Below are positions 1 to 13,538 of a DNA stretch of 64,000 nt, piece by piece. Below the pieces are notes generated by a model that was not told the origin of the DNA, did not search any database, and saw only the letters and a list, made by a program, of their open reading frames with translations. Source of the DNA: Octopus vulgaris (lineage: Eukaryota); assembly GCA_951406725.2 (NCBI GenBank), contig OX597839.1, positions 9,176,001-9,240,000 on the forward strand. The letters run 5' to 3'. Both the position numbers and the translations under genes were made by a program. Each line of letters opens with the position of its first letter. The stretch's first letter is position 1.

Positions 1-13
1 TCTTGTTTTAACC

Positions 14-520
14 ATCATCTTTTGAATCTTAAGAAGGTCTTGCAGGTTTTTATAGTCCCAAATATCACGATCATTTGTCGCATACAAATTAAGGATTTGC
101 ACTCTCTACCCAAGATCTCAAGTTCATCCATGCTTAATCCCAGACAGTTTGGTATATATTCTGGTGCTCCAATAAAAATTAGCATGAAGCTGAAAGTCTA
201 AGTTGGGTACTGAATTTGCAAACTATGTAATCTAACGCACCTATGATGATAGGTACAAACGAGCATATATAATCAGAGTACAAGAGTTCCACATTAATTC
301 ACCATAAATGTTCTTTATCATGGACTTTCGATTGTACGTTCACATCTGCTGGGCAGCTGACCCCTACAACAGTGCATGACTATTATTCCCTGTTCCACCG
401 AACAGTATCAGATCTGTTATGTTTGCACCAAATTGCTGTTTTTATTGGAGTGTTCCACCTGTATTCTTTTGTTTTTAAAGGTGTGAATACCTGTCTCCCA
501 TCTTTTATGTGAAACATTTG
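14..520 (-). mobile_element. Decayed Dong/R4-type non-LTR retrotransposon 3' end (restriction-like endonuclease domain)
   Basis: Minus-strand translation across stops/frameshifts gives WNTPIKTAIWCKHNRSDTVRWNRE..CTVVGVSCPADVNVQSK...FVPIIIGAL...GTIKTCKTFLRFK, matching the HNRPD..E.SCP, PIIIGALG and C-terminal motifs of R4/Dong ORFs. Confidence 0.75.
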
Positions 521-552
521 GTTGCTATTTCTAGTAGTTAAAACAACTACAT

Positions 553-855
553 GTTCGTTCCTTCTCAAGCCATCGCTGGCTCATAAGGGCCGGTTTCCCC
601 AGTTTCATTGGCGTATAGGTTCCCTACCTGGACGGGACGCTGGTCCGTCACAGGTGAGCTGCTACATGCAAGAAGAAATTGTGAGAGAAAGTTGTTGCGA
701 AAGAGTCAGCAGAAGTTCGCCATTACCTTCTGCCAGAGCCACGTGGAGCTTAGGTGTTTCGCTCATAAACACACACATCGCCTGGTCTGAGATTCGAACC
801 TGCGATCCCTCGACTGCAAGTCTGCTGCTCTAACCACTAGGCTATGTGCCCCCAC
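553..855 (-). mobile_element. tRNA-derived SINE, family C head with V-domain-like tail, 13-bp TSD
   Basis: A/B-box head (TAGCCTAGTGGTTAGAGCA...GGTTCGAATCTC on minus); TSD AAAACAACTACAT at 540-552 and 856-868. Confidence 0.85.
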
Positions 856-1259
856 AAAACAACTACATAGAAGTTCCTTATTGGTTCTAAATAAATAGCA
901 ACAACAGTAGGTGACCCCCATCAGCTATTTTTACCACCACCTGGCCCTCAGATGTCTTTAACAGAGTCCATTCTGGAGCAAATATTTGGGCCAAGTTGTT
1001 GGTCTGAGATTAACTTCCCTCTCTCCAACCATTTTCAGAGGGTCTGATAAGGATCATTAGGGGCTGCCACTCCTCTTCTAAAACTTCTTCAGCTGGGAAT
1101 TTAACAACTCAACCAATTTTACTGCATGTTTCATCAGTAATGAGAGGTTCCACCGCCCTTCACTAATGTCCAGTGACACTGGTGAAAGGAAGTGGATCAT
1201 CATGTCTCATTGATTCTTCCACCAATGCTAGCTTTAGGATTTCATTGAAACAAATCTTC

Positions 1260-1812
1260 AGCATCCTCATCACCAACATTATCATCATTGCCACCACAAC
1301 CGTCACCACCAACACCATTAAGGCTGCCACCACTACCACAGCACCACCACCACTACCACCATTAACACAAGCCTGGCTACTAGAACATCACCACCACCAC
1401 CACCATTATCAACATCCCCACTACTACTGCCAGCACCAGTACCACCACCACCACCACCATCAGTGCTTAGACCATAAATAACAATAATCAACACCAACAT
1501 TATTAATATATCAACACCAAGACACCCCACCACCACCACCACCACCACCACCACCACCACCACCATCACCATCACCATCATCATCATCATCATCATCATC
1601 ATCACCACCATCACATCATTATCTTCAACATCACACCTACCAACGTCATTAACACCACTACTACCATTATCAGTACCAACCCGTCACCACTGGTAGCAAT
1701 ACTATTATCATAATGGCCACTGTTAGCACCATTATCATCAATCAACAACTATTACCACCATTCTTAACCTACCAACAGTAGAACCATCACCGATACCATC
1801 ATCACCACCATC
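1260..1812. repeat. (CAC/CAT)n low-complexity tract
   Basis: Direct reading; pure runs at about 1528-1620. Confidence 0.9.
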
Positions 1813-2070
1813 AAGGGTCTATCAAGCTTTTTAATCGTCAGGCCATGGTATGCTATTTAATGATTTGTTAATTAGGCCTGAAGCCCTAGGCATGCAGGTG
1901 TGACATGTTCAGGCAAATCAAATGCCAGAAGTCAAAATAATTCATTCACATGACCATTTCAATTAATCAATAAATTTTTAATCAGGCAACGAGATGAGAA
2001 AAGAAGAGGAATGGACTTCTGTCTCTCTACAAAACAATGCTTAGATGTACGTAGTGGAACATGAAATGTG

Positions 2071-2634
2071 GACAGTGAATGTTAGAGTAGTTGAACCAAC
2101 TGAACAGTGAACATTAAAGGAATTGAGCCGGACAGTGAACATTAGAAAAATTGAACTGGACAGTGAACATTAAAGGAATTGAGCTGGACAGTGAACATTA
2201 GAAAAATTGAACTGAACAGTGAACATTAAAGGAATTGAGCTGGACAGTGAACATTAGAAAAATTGAACTGAACAGTGAACATTAAAGGAATTGAGCTGGA
2301 CAGTGAACGTTAGAAAAATTGAACTGGACAGTGCACATTAAAGGAATTGAGCTGGACAGTGAACATTAGAAAAATTGAACTGAACAGTGAACATTAAAGG
2401 AATTGAGCTGGACAGTGAACGTTAGAAAAATTGAACTGGACAGTGAACATTAAAGGAATTGAGCTGGACAGTGAACATTAGAAAAATTGAATCAGACAGT
2501 GAACATTAAAGGAATTGAGCTGGACAGTGAACATTAGAAAAATTGAACTGGACAGTGAACATTAAAGGAATTGAGTTGGACAGTGAACATTAGAAAAATT
2601 GAACTGGACAGTAAACTTTAGAGGAATTGTGGAC
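2071..2634. repeat. 28-bp minisatellite, about 20 monomers alternating A/B (56-bp dimer)
   Basis: GACAGTGAACATTAAAGGAATTGAGCTG alternates with GACAGTGAACATTAGAAAAATTGAACTG; monomer starts at 2131 and 2159 are 28 bp apart. Confidence 0.95.
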
Positions 2635-2756
2635 AGGAATTAATTTTTTGTGCTCCATTCTCTTGGTTCATACTCCATTCATACTTAGAACACAATTAAA
2701 GAGCTAAGTAAGATAATGAAGGTAGAGAAAGGACTTCTATTCACTGAATCCATGGA

Positions 2757-3158
2757 CTCTTTTACTTTCTTTTCCTCTTTCAGTCATTAGACTGTGGCCA
2801 TGCTGGAGCACCACCTTGAAGAATTTTTAGTCAAACAAATTGACCCCAGTACTTTGTTTTTAATGCCCAGTACTTTTTATCGGTCTATTTTGCTGAATCA
2901 CTAAGTTACGAGGATGTTGTCAAGCAGTGAGGGTGGGGAGACAAATACAGAGATACAGACATACACACGCACAGACACACATATGCACACATATGGTGGG
3001 CTTCTTTCAGTTTCCATCTACTAAATCCACTCACAAAGCTTTGGTTGGCCCAAGACTATAGTAGAAGACACTTGCCAAAGGTGGCATGCAATGGGACTGA
3101 ACCTGGAGCCACAAGGTTGGGAAGCAAGCTTCTTACCACAGAGCCATGCTTGCACCTA
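2757..3158 (-). mobile_element. tRNA-derived SINE family A (diverged copy)
   Basis: Reverse complement of the ~400-bp family seen at 23321-23750. Confidence 0.85.
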
Positions 3159-3379
3159 TGTTTAGATTGTTGCTGTTGTTGTTGTTGTTTAACGCCAAGC
3201 CAAACCTAACTGAGCAGTCTCAGGTTCAAAACCATTAAGCCTTCTCAGTGGTGTCAAGTGTTATTTTATTTAATGTACCATTTACTCATCTCAGACAGAG
3301 GAGTAAGAGTTCAGACCAACACTACGTTCTTCACTCATTTGTTTTGTATATGTTATATATGTGAGTGCATGTGTGTGTA

Positions 3380-3425
<46 letters not shown>

Positions 3426-3571
3426 TGCATGTGCATATACTGGCAGCAGCTTATCAAAATCCATTAATTTTAACAATAACTAAGCATTTCATCTTGATAG
3501 CTGATAGCATTTACAAAAACATGCAACAGATCTGAAGAAGCAGATGTGGGAGTTTTTAATGTAATGCTCAG

Positions 3572-3618
<47 letters not shown>

Positions 3619-3632
3619 CTCTGTGTATGTAT

Positions 3633-3669
<37 letters not shown>

Positions 3670-3787
3670 CACTATGGCACAGAAGATAGAGCAGATTAAG
3701 TTTATACTCTTTGACTTGTTTTAGAGCACTGCCTTGGGGGGGGGGAAAGGTTTGTCGAACAATTCAACCTCTGAGTGCATTTTAATG

Positions 3788-3826
<39 letters not shown>

Positions 3827-4742
3827 GATGTGTAGCTTGTTTGTTTATAATTTCTTTTTGTTTGCTTTTCAAAATTCTTTATTTTGTCTGGCACTGGATG
3901 TGACTGAAAGTTTCATAATAGGGAGCTAGGTGAAGACTATCCAAGAAGGCCTTGGTAACCCTTAAAACACTAATATTTGAAAGTGATTAGCATTTTGAAT
4001 ATTTGAAGCACAGTTACAAAGCCGGGGAGAAAAATCAAAAAGTGATATTTCATTCTTATCTAACATGGTTGTGTGGTTAAGAAGATCGCTTCACAGCCAC
4101 ATAGTTTCAGGTTCGGTCCCACTGCACAGCAGCTTGGGCAAGTATCATGTAGCCTAAGACAGCCAATACCTTTACAGAAAATGTGTTTGTGTGTGTGGGC
4201 ATACTGTGTAAAGTGGTTGGCATTAGGAAGGGCACCTAAGTGTAGAAACCAAGTCAAACAGTTGTCTGTTCTCGTTTGTCCTCTCTGTGTGTAGCCCCTT
4301 GTGGGTAGTAAAGAAATAGGTATTTCGTCTGCAGCTACGTTCTGAGTTCAAATTCCACCGATACAAGCTTCTTCCAGTTTCTGTCCACCAAATCCACTCA
4401 CAAGGCTTTGGTCTGCCTGAGGCTATATTAGAAGACACTTTACCCAAGTCGTCATGCAGTGGGACTGAACCTGAAACCATGTCATTGGGATACAAACGTA
4501 GTTGATAAATATGAGCACCTTTAATGCGGTTTCTGTCTGCCCAGTTTCACTCTCAAGGATTGGGTTAATCTGAGTCCCAGGTAAAAAAATACTTGCACAG
4601 GATGCAACACAGTGGAACTGAACCAGTGACCACATGACAGTGACATGGTTCCAACTGCGTAACACCCTGGGCAAGTGTCTTCTACTGTGGCCTCAGGCTG
4701 AGCAAAGCCTTGTGAATGGATTTGGTATACAGAAACTGAAAG

Positions 4743-5080
4743 AAGGCAGTGAACTGGCAGAAACTTTAGCACGCTGGGTGAAATGCTTAGCGGTATTTCG
4801 TCTGCCATTACGTTCTGAGTTCAAATTCTGCCGAGGTCGACTTTGCCTTTCATCCTTTCGGGGTCGATTAAATAAGTACCAGTTACGCACTGGGGTCGAT
4901 ATAATCGACTTAATCCATTTGTCTGTCCTTGTTTGTCCTCTCTGTCTTTAGCCCCTTGTGAGTAGTAAAGAAATAGGTATTTCATCTGCCGCTACGTTCT
5001 GAGTTCAAATTCCGCCGAGGTCGACTTTGCCTTTCATTGTTTAGCCTATGTTCAGTCCCTTGTGGGTAATAAAGAAATAG
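4743..5080 (+). mobile_element. SINE family B (Deu/Nin-like core) with internal tandem duplication, inserted in a family A copy
   Basis: Core GCCTTTCATCCTTTCGGGGTCGAT..AAGTACCAG resembles the Deu/Nin SINE domain; GAAACTGAAAGAA before and GAAACTCAAAGAA after look like a TSD. Confidence 0.8.
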
Positions 5081-5102
5081 GAAACTCAAAGAATCAGTTG
5101 TA

Positions 5103-5150
<48 letters not shown>

Positions 5151-5574
5151 TGTGTGTGTATTATTATTCATTTATATCTAATTGTCTGTCTGACTGTGTA
5201 TCTATCTATCTATCTTGACAACCGGTGCTGGTATGTTTATGTCTCCGTGACTTAGCAGTTTAACAAAATTGACTGATAGAATAACTACCAAGCTTTAAAA
5301 CGAAGAAAAATGTACTGGGGTCGATTCATTCAACAAAAAATTCTTCAAGGCTGTGCCCCTGCATGGCCACAGTCTATGGCTGAAACAAGCAAAAGATAAA
5401 CTGTAAAAAATATACTACGCAGACAATATTAATAAACACTGTCTGTGTCCATTGATATGTCTGCACCACTAACACCACAACACCACCACTCAACGGACAT
5501 TGTCATGTACTTCATAGATGCTATCAAAAACACGGCATTCCTACTTATTTATTTATTCATTTATATCTAATTGT

Positions 5575-5671
5575 CTGTCTGACTGTGTATCTATCTATCT
5601 ATTTATCTATCAATTTATATCTATCTATTTATCTAACTAATTGTCTGTCTGACTGAGTATCTATCAATCTA

Positions 5672-5744
<73 letters not shown>

Positions 5745-5815
5745 GTCTGTCTATCTGTCTATCTGTCTGCCTGCCTGTCTATCTATCTATGAATCTATAT
5801 CTATCTAACTATCAA

Positions 5816-5874
<59 letters not shown>

Positions 5875-6028
5875 GTCTGTCTGTCTATCTATCTATGAAT
5901 CTATATCTATCTAACTATCAATCTCTGTCTGTCTATCTATCTACCTGCCTGTCTATCTGTCTGTCTGTTTATCTGTCTATCTATCTATGAATCTATATCT
6001 ATCTATCTAACTATCAATCTCTGTCTGC

Positions 6029-6085
<57 letters not shown>

Positions 6086-6105
6086 AATCTCTATCTATTA
6101 TCTCT
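5575..6105. repeat. (TCTA/TCTG)n compound microsatellite
   Basis: Direct reading. Confidence 0.95.
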
Positions 6106-7625
6106 CTTCAATAATCAATGAGGCCTGTGTAATATCCAAACATATAAGATGGAATCACAATGTCTGGCTGCTTACCTGTTTGTCTGTCCATATCTAACTA
6201 CACATCTTACCTCACCCTACGTAAATGTACGATATAGATAATATTTGAAAAATAATGTCTTCTAACAAATATATGCACATACTCTCACCAATCAATAAAC
6301 CCTACGAAATGTGCTGTATAGATAATATTTAAAAATATTGTCTGATTCTATCAATCTGTTTTTGCATGTATACGTGTGCATTCCTGTGCACATATAAACA
6401 CACACACACATACACACACACACACACACACACATGTCGATCAATCAGTTCACAGACAGGTAGTTACCTTCCTCAATCAATAAACCCAGTCTAATATACT
6501 ACATAGATGTTTTATATACACAATATTAAAGTATTCTGTCTGCCTGTTTGCTTGTCTGTCTGTTTGCTTGTCTGTCTGTCTGTCACTACCCCCTTCTCCC
6601 CACTCCATGAATTACTCTTATGTTTTGTAACTACTTAGACATTCTTCTATCACTATGGCAACCATCTCTGTTTCTCCGAGACAGCCCACTGCATATCCCC
6701 TGGACACAAGCCCACTTGTCCCACACAACTCGTCCCCCCAAAAGCTCATTTATTGTCTCACCTTTCCAGATACCTGGCTTAATCCTTCTTTACACCTGAA
6801 GCCTTTGGAATGAACACTGCCCATCCGCAAAAAATATACACAAATGACAGTTTGTTTGTTTGTTTGACTGTGTGTATGTGTGTTGTGAAGACATGTGGCC
6901 TATTGGTTAGACTGTTGCACTCACAATAGCTAGATTGTGGGTTTGATTCGTTGACAGGACAGCACATTGTGTTCTTGAGCAAAACACATTTGGTTACTCT
7001 TTCTAACAGAGCAAATAGTCATCAAGAGGGTCCCTCATTCACTTGAATAAGTACCAGAATTATAATGAATTTGATTTCATCAACAAATTTGTGATCACTT
7101 TCAAATTCTTCATTACAGCTTATAAACATATGTAATAAAATTATAATAAAAAATAATGTATTTATTGTGTACAGTACTCAGGTGCACTAAATTGGCTCCA
7201 GCATTATTTCAACTCAAAACACAGAAAGGAAGAAACTTGATAAAACATTCAGACAACTTTATATAGGCCATTTCAACACTAAGAGAAGGTACAGGACACA
7301 TATTTCAAGAGAGAGTGCAATTGATTCAATTAATTGAATTAATTGGAAAAATGACAAACAGAGTTGGCATCACAGCATAGCACAAGATATCTTAACTGTC
7401 AGTGGACCAATTATATATCAATCCACAAGCCTTCAGAGACCCAGATCATAATAATTTTTTCTAAGATAGTAGCAAGTCCAGAAATTGGGAGAGTTGATTA
7501 AATAACACTAGTTTGTTTTATCAACTCCGAAAGGATAAAAGGCAAAGCCGACCTTAGTGTAATTTGAACTCAAGAGTATAAAGAGCCACAACAAAATACT
7601 GATTTAAAATTTTTGCACAAGACCC

Positions 7626-8025
7626 GAGTAGGAGTGGCTGTGTGGTAAGTAACTTGCTTACAAACCACATGGTTCCGAGTTCAGTCCCACTACGTGGCAC
7701 CTCGGGTCGACCAAAGCCTTGTGAGTGGATTTGGTAGATGGAAACAGTAAGAAGCCTGTCATATGTATATATATATGTATGTATATGTATGTGTGTTTAT
7801 ATGTTTGTGTGTCTGTGTTTGTCCCCCTAGCATTGCTTGACAACTGATGGTGGTGTGTTTATGTCCCCGTTACTTAGCGGTTCGGCAAAAGAGACCGATA
7901 GAATAAGTACTGGGCTTACAAAAGAATAAGTTTCGGGGTCGAGTTGCTCGATTAAAGGCGGTGCTCCAGCATGGCCGCAGTCAAATGACTGAAACAAGTA
8001 AAAGAGTAAAAGAGTAAAAAGAGTA
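7626..8025 (+). mobile_element. SINE family A
   Basis: Head GGAGTGGCTGTGTGGTAAG, internal (TA/TG)n, tail ACTGAAACAAGTAAAAGAGTAAAAGAG. Confidence 0.9.
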
Positions 8026-8309
8026 TAGTTCGTTAAAAGTAAAAACAATCCTTATGATGGCAGACTGATGTAAATTGTGCTTTAGGCATTGTTACAAATA
8101 AATTCATGACTTGAAGAAAATTCTTTTTATTTTATGAAATACTGGGCTTGTTTTTAAGGAAGAGAACAAATAATAAATGAAATAGAGAAACGAAATTAGA
8201 TAGAGTTAAGTACTGAGAACATAAAATAAATCATAACAATACATTTACTATTCATAAAAAAAGAGAACCTATTTTAGAAATAGAAATTTTAGCCACAGAA
8301 AGATAGCCC

Positions 8310-8376
<67 letters not shown>

Positions 8377-8650
8377 CCTTCTCTCTCATACACACACACA
8401 TAAAGGGCAATGACAAACTGTAAATGTTTGAGTCGAGAGTTTTCAATTGTATATAAATGCAATCCAGATTTAAATATGTAAGTCACTCTACTCTACAAAC
8501 ACAAACATTCTATTTACATAGGTTTGCTTTTTTTTTAAAGGGAAATGAAAAAATGTTTCAGCTTAATTTAATAACGCAGCAGCAGCAGGATGAGGAGGAG
8601 GAGGGGGGAGGACGAAGAAGAAGAAGAAGAAGAAGAAGAAGAAGAAGAAG

Positions 8651-8681
<31 letters not shown>

Positions 8682-9046
8682 CTAGCATGGACACTATAAC
8701 AAAATGAGATGAGATTTATGGCTATTAGTATATTATAAAGCAAATTTGAACACTGTTTTGATGGAATGAACACCATATGTTTAAATTATAACATGCTCTG
8801 TTGATTCATAGTACAGAAAATCTTGTCATTCATTCAGTTCAACATTTGAAGTCCATTATTTCCCTGCTGGCACAGCTTGGGTGAGAAATGATTTTGAGGT
8901 AGAATTTTTATGACCAGATGCTCTTCCTGTCACCGAACTTCAATTATTTTTCAGAGAAAGGATTTTCACATTCCACATTTCTTTGAAGTATAGAGCAAGC
9001 AATGATGTTGTCAACAAGAAATATCAACACCACCATCACTTTTTCA

Positions 9047-9170
9047 TTCATGGTTCTGGGTTCAGTCCCACTGTGTGGCACCTTGGGGGGCAAGAGTCTT
9101 CTACTATAGCCTCGGGCAGACCAAAGCCTTTTGAGTGGCTTTGGTAGATGGAAACTGAAAGAAGCCCGTC

Positions 9171-9202
<32 letters not shown>

Positions 9203-9416
9203 AAATGTTTGTGTGTCGGTGTTTGTGCCCCCAACATCACTTGACAACCAATGCTGGTGTGTTTACGTCCCCGTCTCATAGCGGTTCAGCAAGAGAGACC
9301 GATAGAATAAGTACTAGGCTTACAAAGAATAAGTCCCGGGGTCGATTTGCTCGACTAAAGGCGGTGCTCCAGTATGGGCCACAACCAAATGACTGAAACA
9401 GATAAAAGAATAAAAG
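9047..9416 (+). mobile_element. SINE family A (5'-truncated)
   Basis: Matches family A from the B-box region onward. Confidence 0.85.
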
Positions 9417-9549
9417 TACCCAAAAACCAGAATTGAGAAAATATATACCAAATGAAATACTGGTTTCAATTTAACTGATTACACCACTTCTGACCATAAA
9501 AAAATGTGTGACCTAATACTTTATCTAAGAAGCCATTATCATAAATATA

Positions 9550-9588
<39 letters not shown>

Positions 9589-9616
9589 ACAGTTGCATCT
9601 ATTGCAGTATAAGTGC

Positions 9617-9679
<63 letters not shown>

Positions 9680-10303
9680 AAGTTCCTACATTTGCTAATG
9701 GAGGCAGGCACCTCATTTAGCGAAACAGACTGGGCCATGCCATCACGCTATTATGTTGGCCAGTCTTAAAAATTGAAGCACACACAAAGATATGTATGGT
9801 TTGGAGTCAAGGAAGAGCGAAAGCAATTAAATAGTTTAAAACATCAGAAAAATATGTAAAAAAAAAAAAAAAAAAAAAAAAACAACAAAAAGCACCTGCT
9901 GTGTACAAGCATGTTAAAGAAAAACTGGTGTATTTATTTAATCACTGTTGTTAATAGTGTGAACAAGAGTAAAAGCCATTTTTATATAATTGTTATTTCT
10001 TCTTTTTATTTCTTGCGTTTATTTTATTTGTTAAGACTGACTCTGTAGGGTGCCATGTGTGATGTGGTTGAACAGACAGATATGTGCCAGACCTACTCAT
10101 ATCACTGTTTGTTTCTCCATGGTTCAGTGTATATTTTTTATTTATTTTATTCAAAACATAACAAACTGAATGCTTTTTTATTACTTACTGTGGAGCCTAT
10201 TAATAAGAATGAAACACACACACACACATACACACACACACACACACACACGCACACACACACACACACACATGCACGCACACACACACACATGTACGCA
10301 TGC

Positions 10304-10338
<35 letters not shown>

Positions 10339-10574
10339 CACACACACACCCCGCATTATCCTTTCCATCCTTGTCATGATGTCTACTTCCGAACTGCTCA
10401 CCCGACCAGCTAAGTACTTTTGAAGTCTTCAGCAAAATTCAATTTGGGAATCCTAAATGTGAAAATATGGCAGCAACATATGACAAATGAATAATGCCTT
10501 TATGGAAACCTACTGAAAGTTAGGTTTCAGTGAGATCAGGTAAAGAGAGCAGCAATTATCTGGTCATTGTGTGT

Positions 10575-10755
10575 ACCACCCTGACCTGGAAACCATTTCA
10601 AAGTGACATTAGAAGAGAAAAATGTCATCAAACTTACATCAACTTGATTGCTGACACTGGCCTGGAATGTATCCAGGACATCAAGGCAGTGATGTTGGTC
10701 TGAGAAGTGTGGTGGGTGGACTTAGTTGTTGTGAACCAGACTGGAACCCAGTCAT
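10575..10755 (+). mobile_element. RTE-like LINE 3' end fragment (related copy at 11875-12060)
   Basis: Translates to LIADTGLECIQDIKAVML..VW, similar to the terminal region of RTE ORFs; CCTGGAATGTATCCAGGAC(A/C)TCAAGGCAGTGATGTTG is shared by both copies. Confidence 0.6.
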
Positions 10756-10759
10756 AATA

Positions 10760-10945
10760 ATCATCATCATCATCATCATCATCGTTTAACGTCCGCTTTC
10801 CATGCTAGCATGGGTTGTACGGTTCAAGTGGGGTCTGGGAAGCCAGAAGACTGCACCAGACTCCAGTTTGATCTGGCAGTGTTTCCGCAGCTGGATGCCC
10901 TTCCTAACGCCAACCACTCCGTGAGTGTAGTGGGTGCTTTTTACG
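10760..10945 (-). mobile_element. Family D: RTE/Bov-B-type 3' tail ending in (GAT)n
   Basis: Same sequence recurs at about 17885-18060, 18960-19140, 20990-21365, 29285-29585, 30785-31075, 43395-43575, 49300-49612 and 54358-54620; linked to an RTE-like ORF end at 46390-46800. Confidence 0.75.
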
Positions 10946-11169
10946 TTAATAATAATAATCCTTTCTACTGGAAGCACAAGGCCTCAAATTTGGGGGAAAG
11001 GGATTAAGTCGATTAGATCGACCCCAGTATATAACTGGTACTAATTTAATCGACCCTGAAAGGATGAAAGGCAAAGTCAACCTCAGCGGAATTTGAACTC
11101 AGAACGTAAAGACAGACGAAATACCGCTAAGCATTTCGCCCGACTTGCTAACGTTTCTACTAGCTTGAA

Positions 11170-11872
11170 TAGCATCATATCCCTGTGTTGAAAGGAATTC
11201 TTAGAGGTTTGGAGAATTCGCCTTTAGAAACATGGGTGGTTCATTCAATTTCCTTAAACAATCCTTATTCAGGGACCCTTTGAGCAGGATGGGTTATTTG
11301 ACCAGAAGAAAATTCTAACTGGGCCCCATCTGCAAGGTCATGCACTGTTTATCTTGATGTGAGATCACCATGTCGTGCACATATGGTTGTGATGCATGTG
11401 CCTGGTGTACCCTTATCAGATGGGTAGTCATGATGGGCATACTGGGTTTTGTATATTTTACCCCAGTGTCACTTTGATGGCATGCACTGCTCTCTCACTC
11501 AATAATAACAATAATAATAATAAAAATAGTATCATAACCGTGAGTTGAAAGGAATTCTTAGAGGTTTGGAGAATTCACCTTTGGAAGCATAGGTGGTTCA
11601 TTCAATATCCTTAAACAATCCTTATTCAGGGACCTTTTGAGCGGGATGGGTTATTCGACCAGAAGAAAATTCTAACTGGGCCCCACCTGCAAGGTCATGC
11701 ACTGTTTATCTTGATGTGAGATCACCATGTTGTGCACATATGGTTGTGATGCATGTGCCTAGTGTACCCTTATCAGAAGGGTAGTCATGATGGGTATACT
11801 GGGCTTTGTATATTTTACCCCAGTGTCACTTTGATGGCATGCACTGCTGTCTCACTCAATAATAATAATAAA
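11170..11872 (+). repeat. Two tandem ~350-bp 3' portions of the ~570-bp (TAA)n-tailed element
   Basis: 11170-11520 and 11530-11872 are near-identical, each ends CTCACTCAATAATAA, and both match 45810-46150. Confidence 0.9.
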
Positions 11873-12077
11873 CTGGGTACCCTGAATTGGAAGCATCCAA
11901 ATTACTCTCATGGAGCCCACTTCATGGTAATGCTAGAAGAGGAAAATGTCATCACATTTACACCGGCAACTTGAGAGCAGACATGGCCTGGAATGTATCC
12001 AGGACCTCAAGGCAGTGATGTTGAACTGAGAAGTGTGGTGGATGGACTTTGTTGCTACAGCCTGGGTAACATTATCT

Positions 12078-12440
12078 GTTACTTGTTTCAGTCATTAGAC
12101 TACGGCTATGCTGGAGCACCACTTTGAATAACTTTTAGTTGAAATAATTAGTTGGCCCCAGCACTTAAATTTGTTGAACTTAGTACTTATTCTATCGGTC
12201 TCTTTTGCTGAACTGCTAAGTTACAGGGACATAAGCACATCAACACCAGTTGTCAAGCAGTGGTAGTGGGGGGACAAGCATTAACAGAAACACACACACA
12301 CACACACACACACACACGATGGGCTTCTTTCAGTTTCTCCTTACCAAATCCACTCATAAAGCTTTGGTCAGCCTAATGCTGTAGTAGAAGTCACTGACCC
12401 AGGGTGTCACACTGTGGGACTGAACCTGGAACCATGCAGT
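12078..12440 (-). mobile_element. SINE family A (diverged)
   Basis: Similarity to the family A reverse complement. Confidence 0.8.
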
Positions 12441-12544
12441 GAGATTGAACTCAGAGCCATGTTTCTGAGAAATCCATTTCTTAATCAAATACCCATTTCA
12501 CTGTGAGTGTGTGGGGGGAAGAGAGAGAGAGACAGACAGACAGA

Positions 12545-12681
12545 CATACACACACACACACGTGCATGCACTCACACACACACGTGTGCGCGCGCATGCA
12601 TATACACACACACACAGCAGAACCAGAGCAAAATTCTGTAAATAATCTACACACACACACGTGCACGCACACACACATGCG

Positions 12682-12722
<41 letters not shown>

Positions 12723-12874
12723 CAGAACAAGAGCAAAATTCTGTAAATAATCTATACACACACACGTGCACACACACACACATGCGCATACACACACACA
12801 CACACACACAGCAGAACCAGAGCAAAATTCTGTAATCTACACACACGCACACACACATGTGCGCGCGCACACAC

Positions 12875-12938
<64 letters not shown>

Positions 12939-12975
12939 CCAGCAGAACCAGAGCAAAATTCTGTAAATAATCTAA
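12545..12975. repeat. Composite repeat: four ~33-bp units separated by variable (CA)n tracts
   Basis: AGCAGAAC(C/A)AGAGCAAAATTCTGTAA(ATAA)TCTA at about 12616, 12721, 12810 and 12941. Confidence 0.9.
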
Positions 12976-13185
12976 GAGAGTAAAAAAGAGGAGGGTGGAA
13001 GGAACTGAAAGGATAAATTCTATTTAGATAGAAAATTGTAAATAGTAACATGGAAAGTAATTGGAAATTAGAAAATATCTGACAGCGAATTCTGCATTTA
13101 AATTATCCAGCCAATGAAAGCTCAGAGATCAAATTAGTTTGGAAATGTAACAGACATAGTACTAATACCACTACAACAATATCTG

Positions 13186-13233
<48 letters not shown>

Positions 13234-13538
13234 CTATTCCTACCACATGAACGAATTAGAGCAGAATTAATGTATATGATGTCTGGTGTATTTGGAGTTC
13301 TAATTTCAAGGAAATGGAACTTGTCTTGTAGGTAAGAGAAAGCAGTCATATGGAAACAGAGAATTAGATCAATTAGAGAGAGAGAGAGATACAGACAAAC
13401 AGACAGACACAAACATATTGCACTATATTAAATAATAGGAACAGACAAATGTGTGTATATATATATATATATAAAAGATAACAAGCAGTGGATATATATG
13501 TATATGTACACACATACATACACACACACAGAGTTTTA

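Noticed and set aside
1173-1614. His/Thr-rich and Val/Met-rich ORFs (also 41020-41451, 46689-47131)
   Set aside because: Read-through of trinucleotide microsatellites, open in several frames on both strands.
12600-12975. CRISPR-like repeat-spacer appearance (also 2071-2634 and 24932-25712)
   Set aside because: Spacers are absent or homologous microsatellite of uneven length; no cas genes; eukaryotic context.
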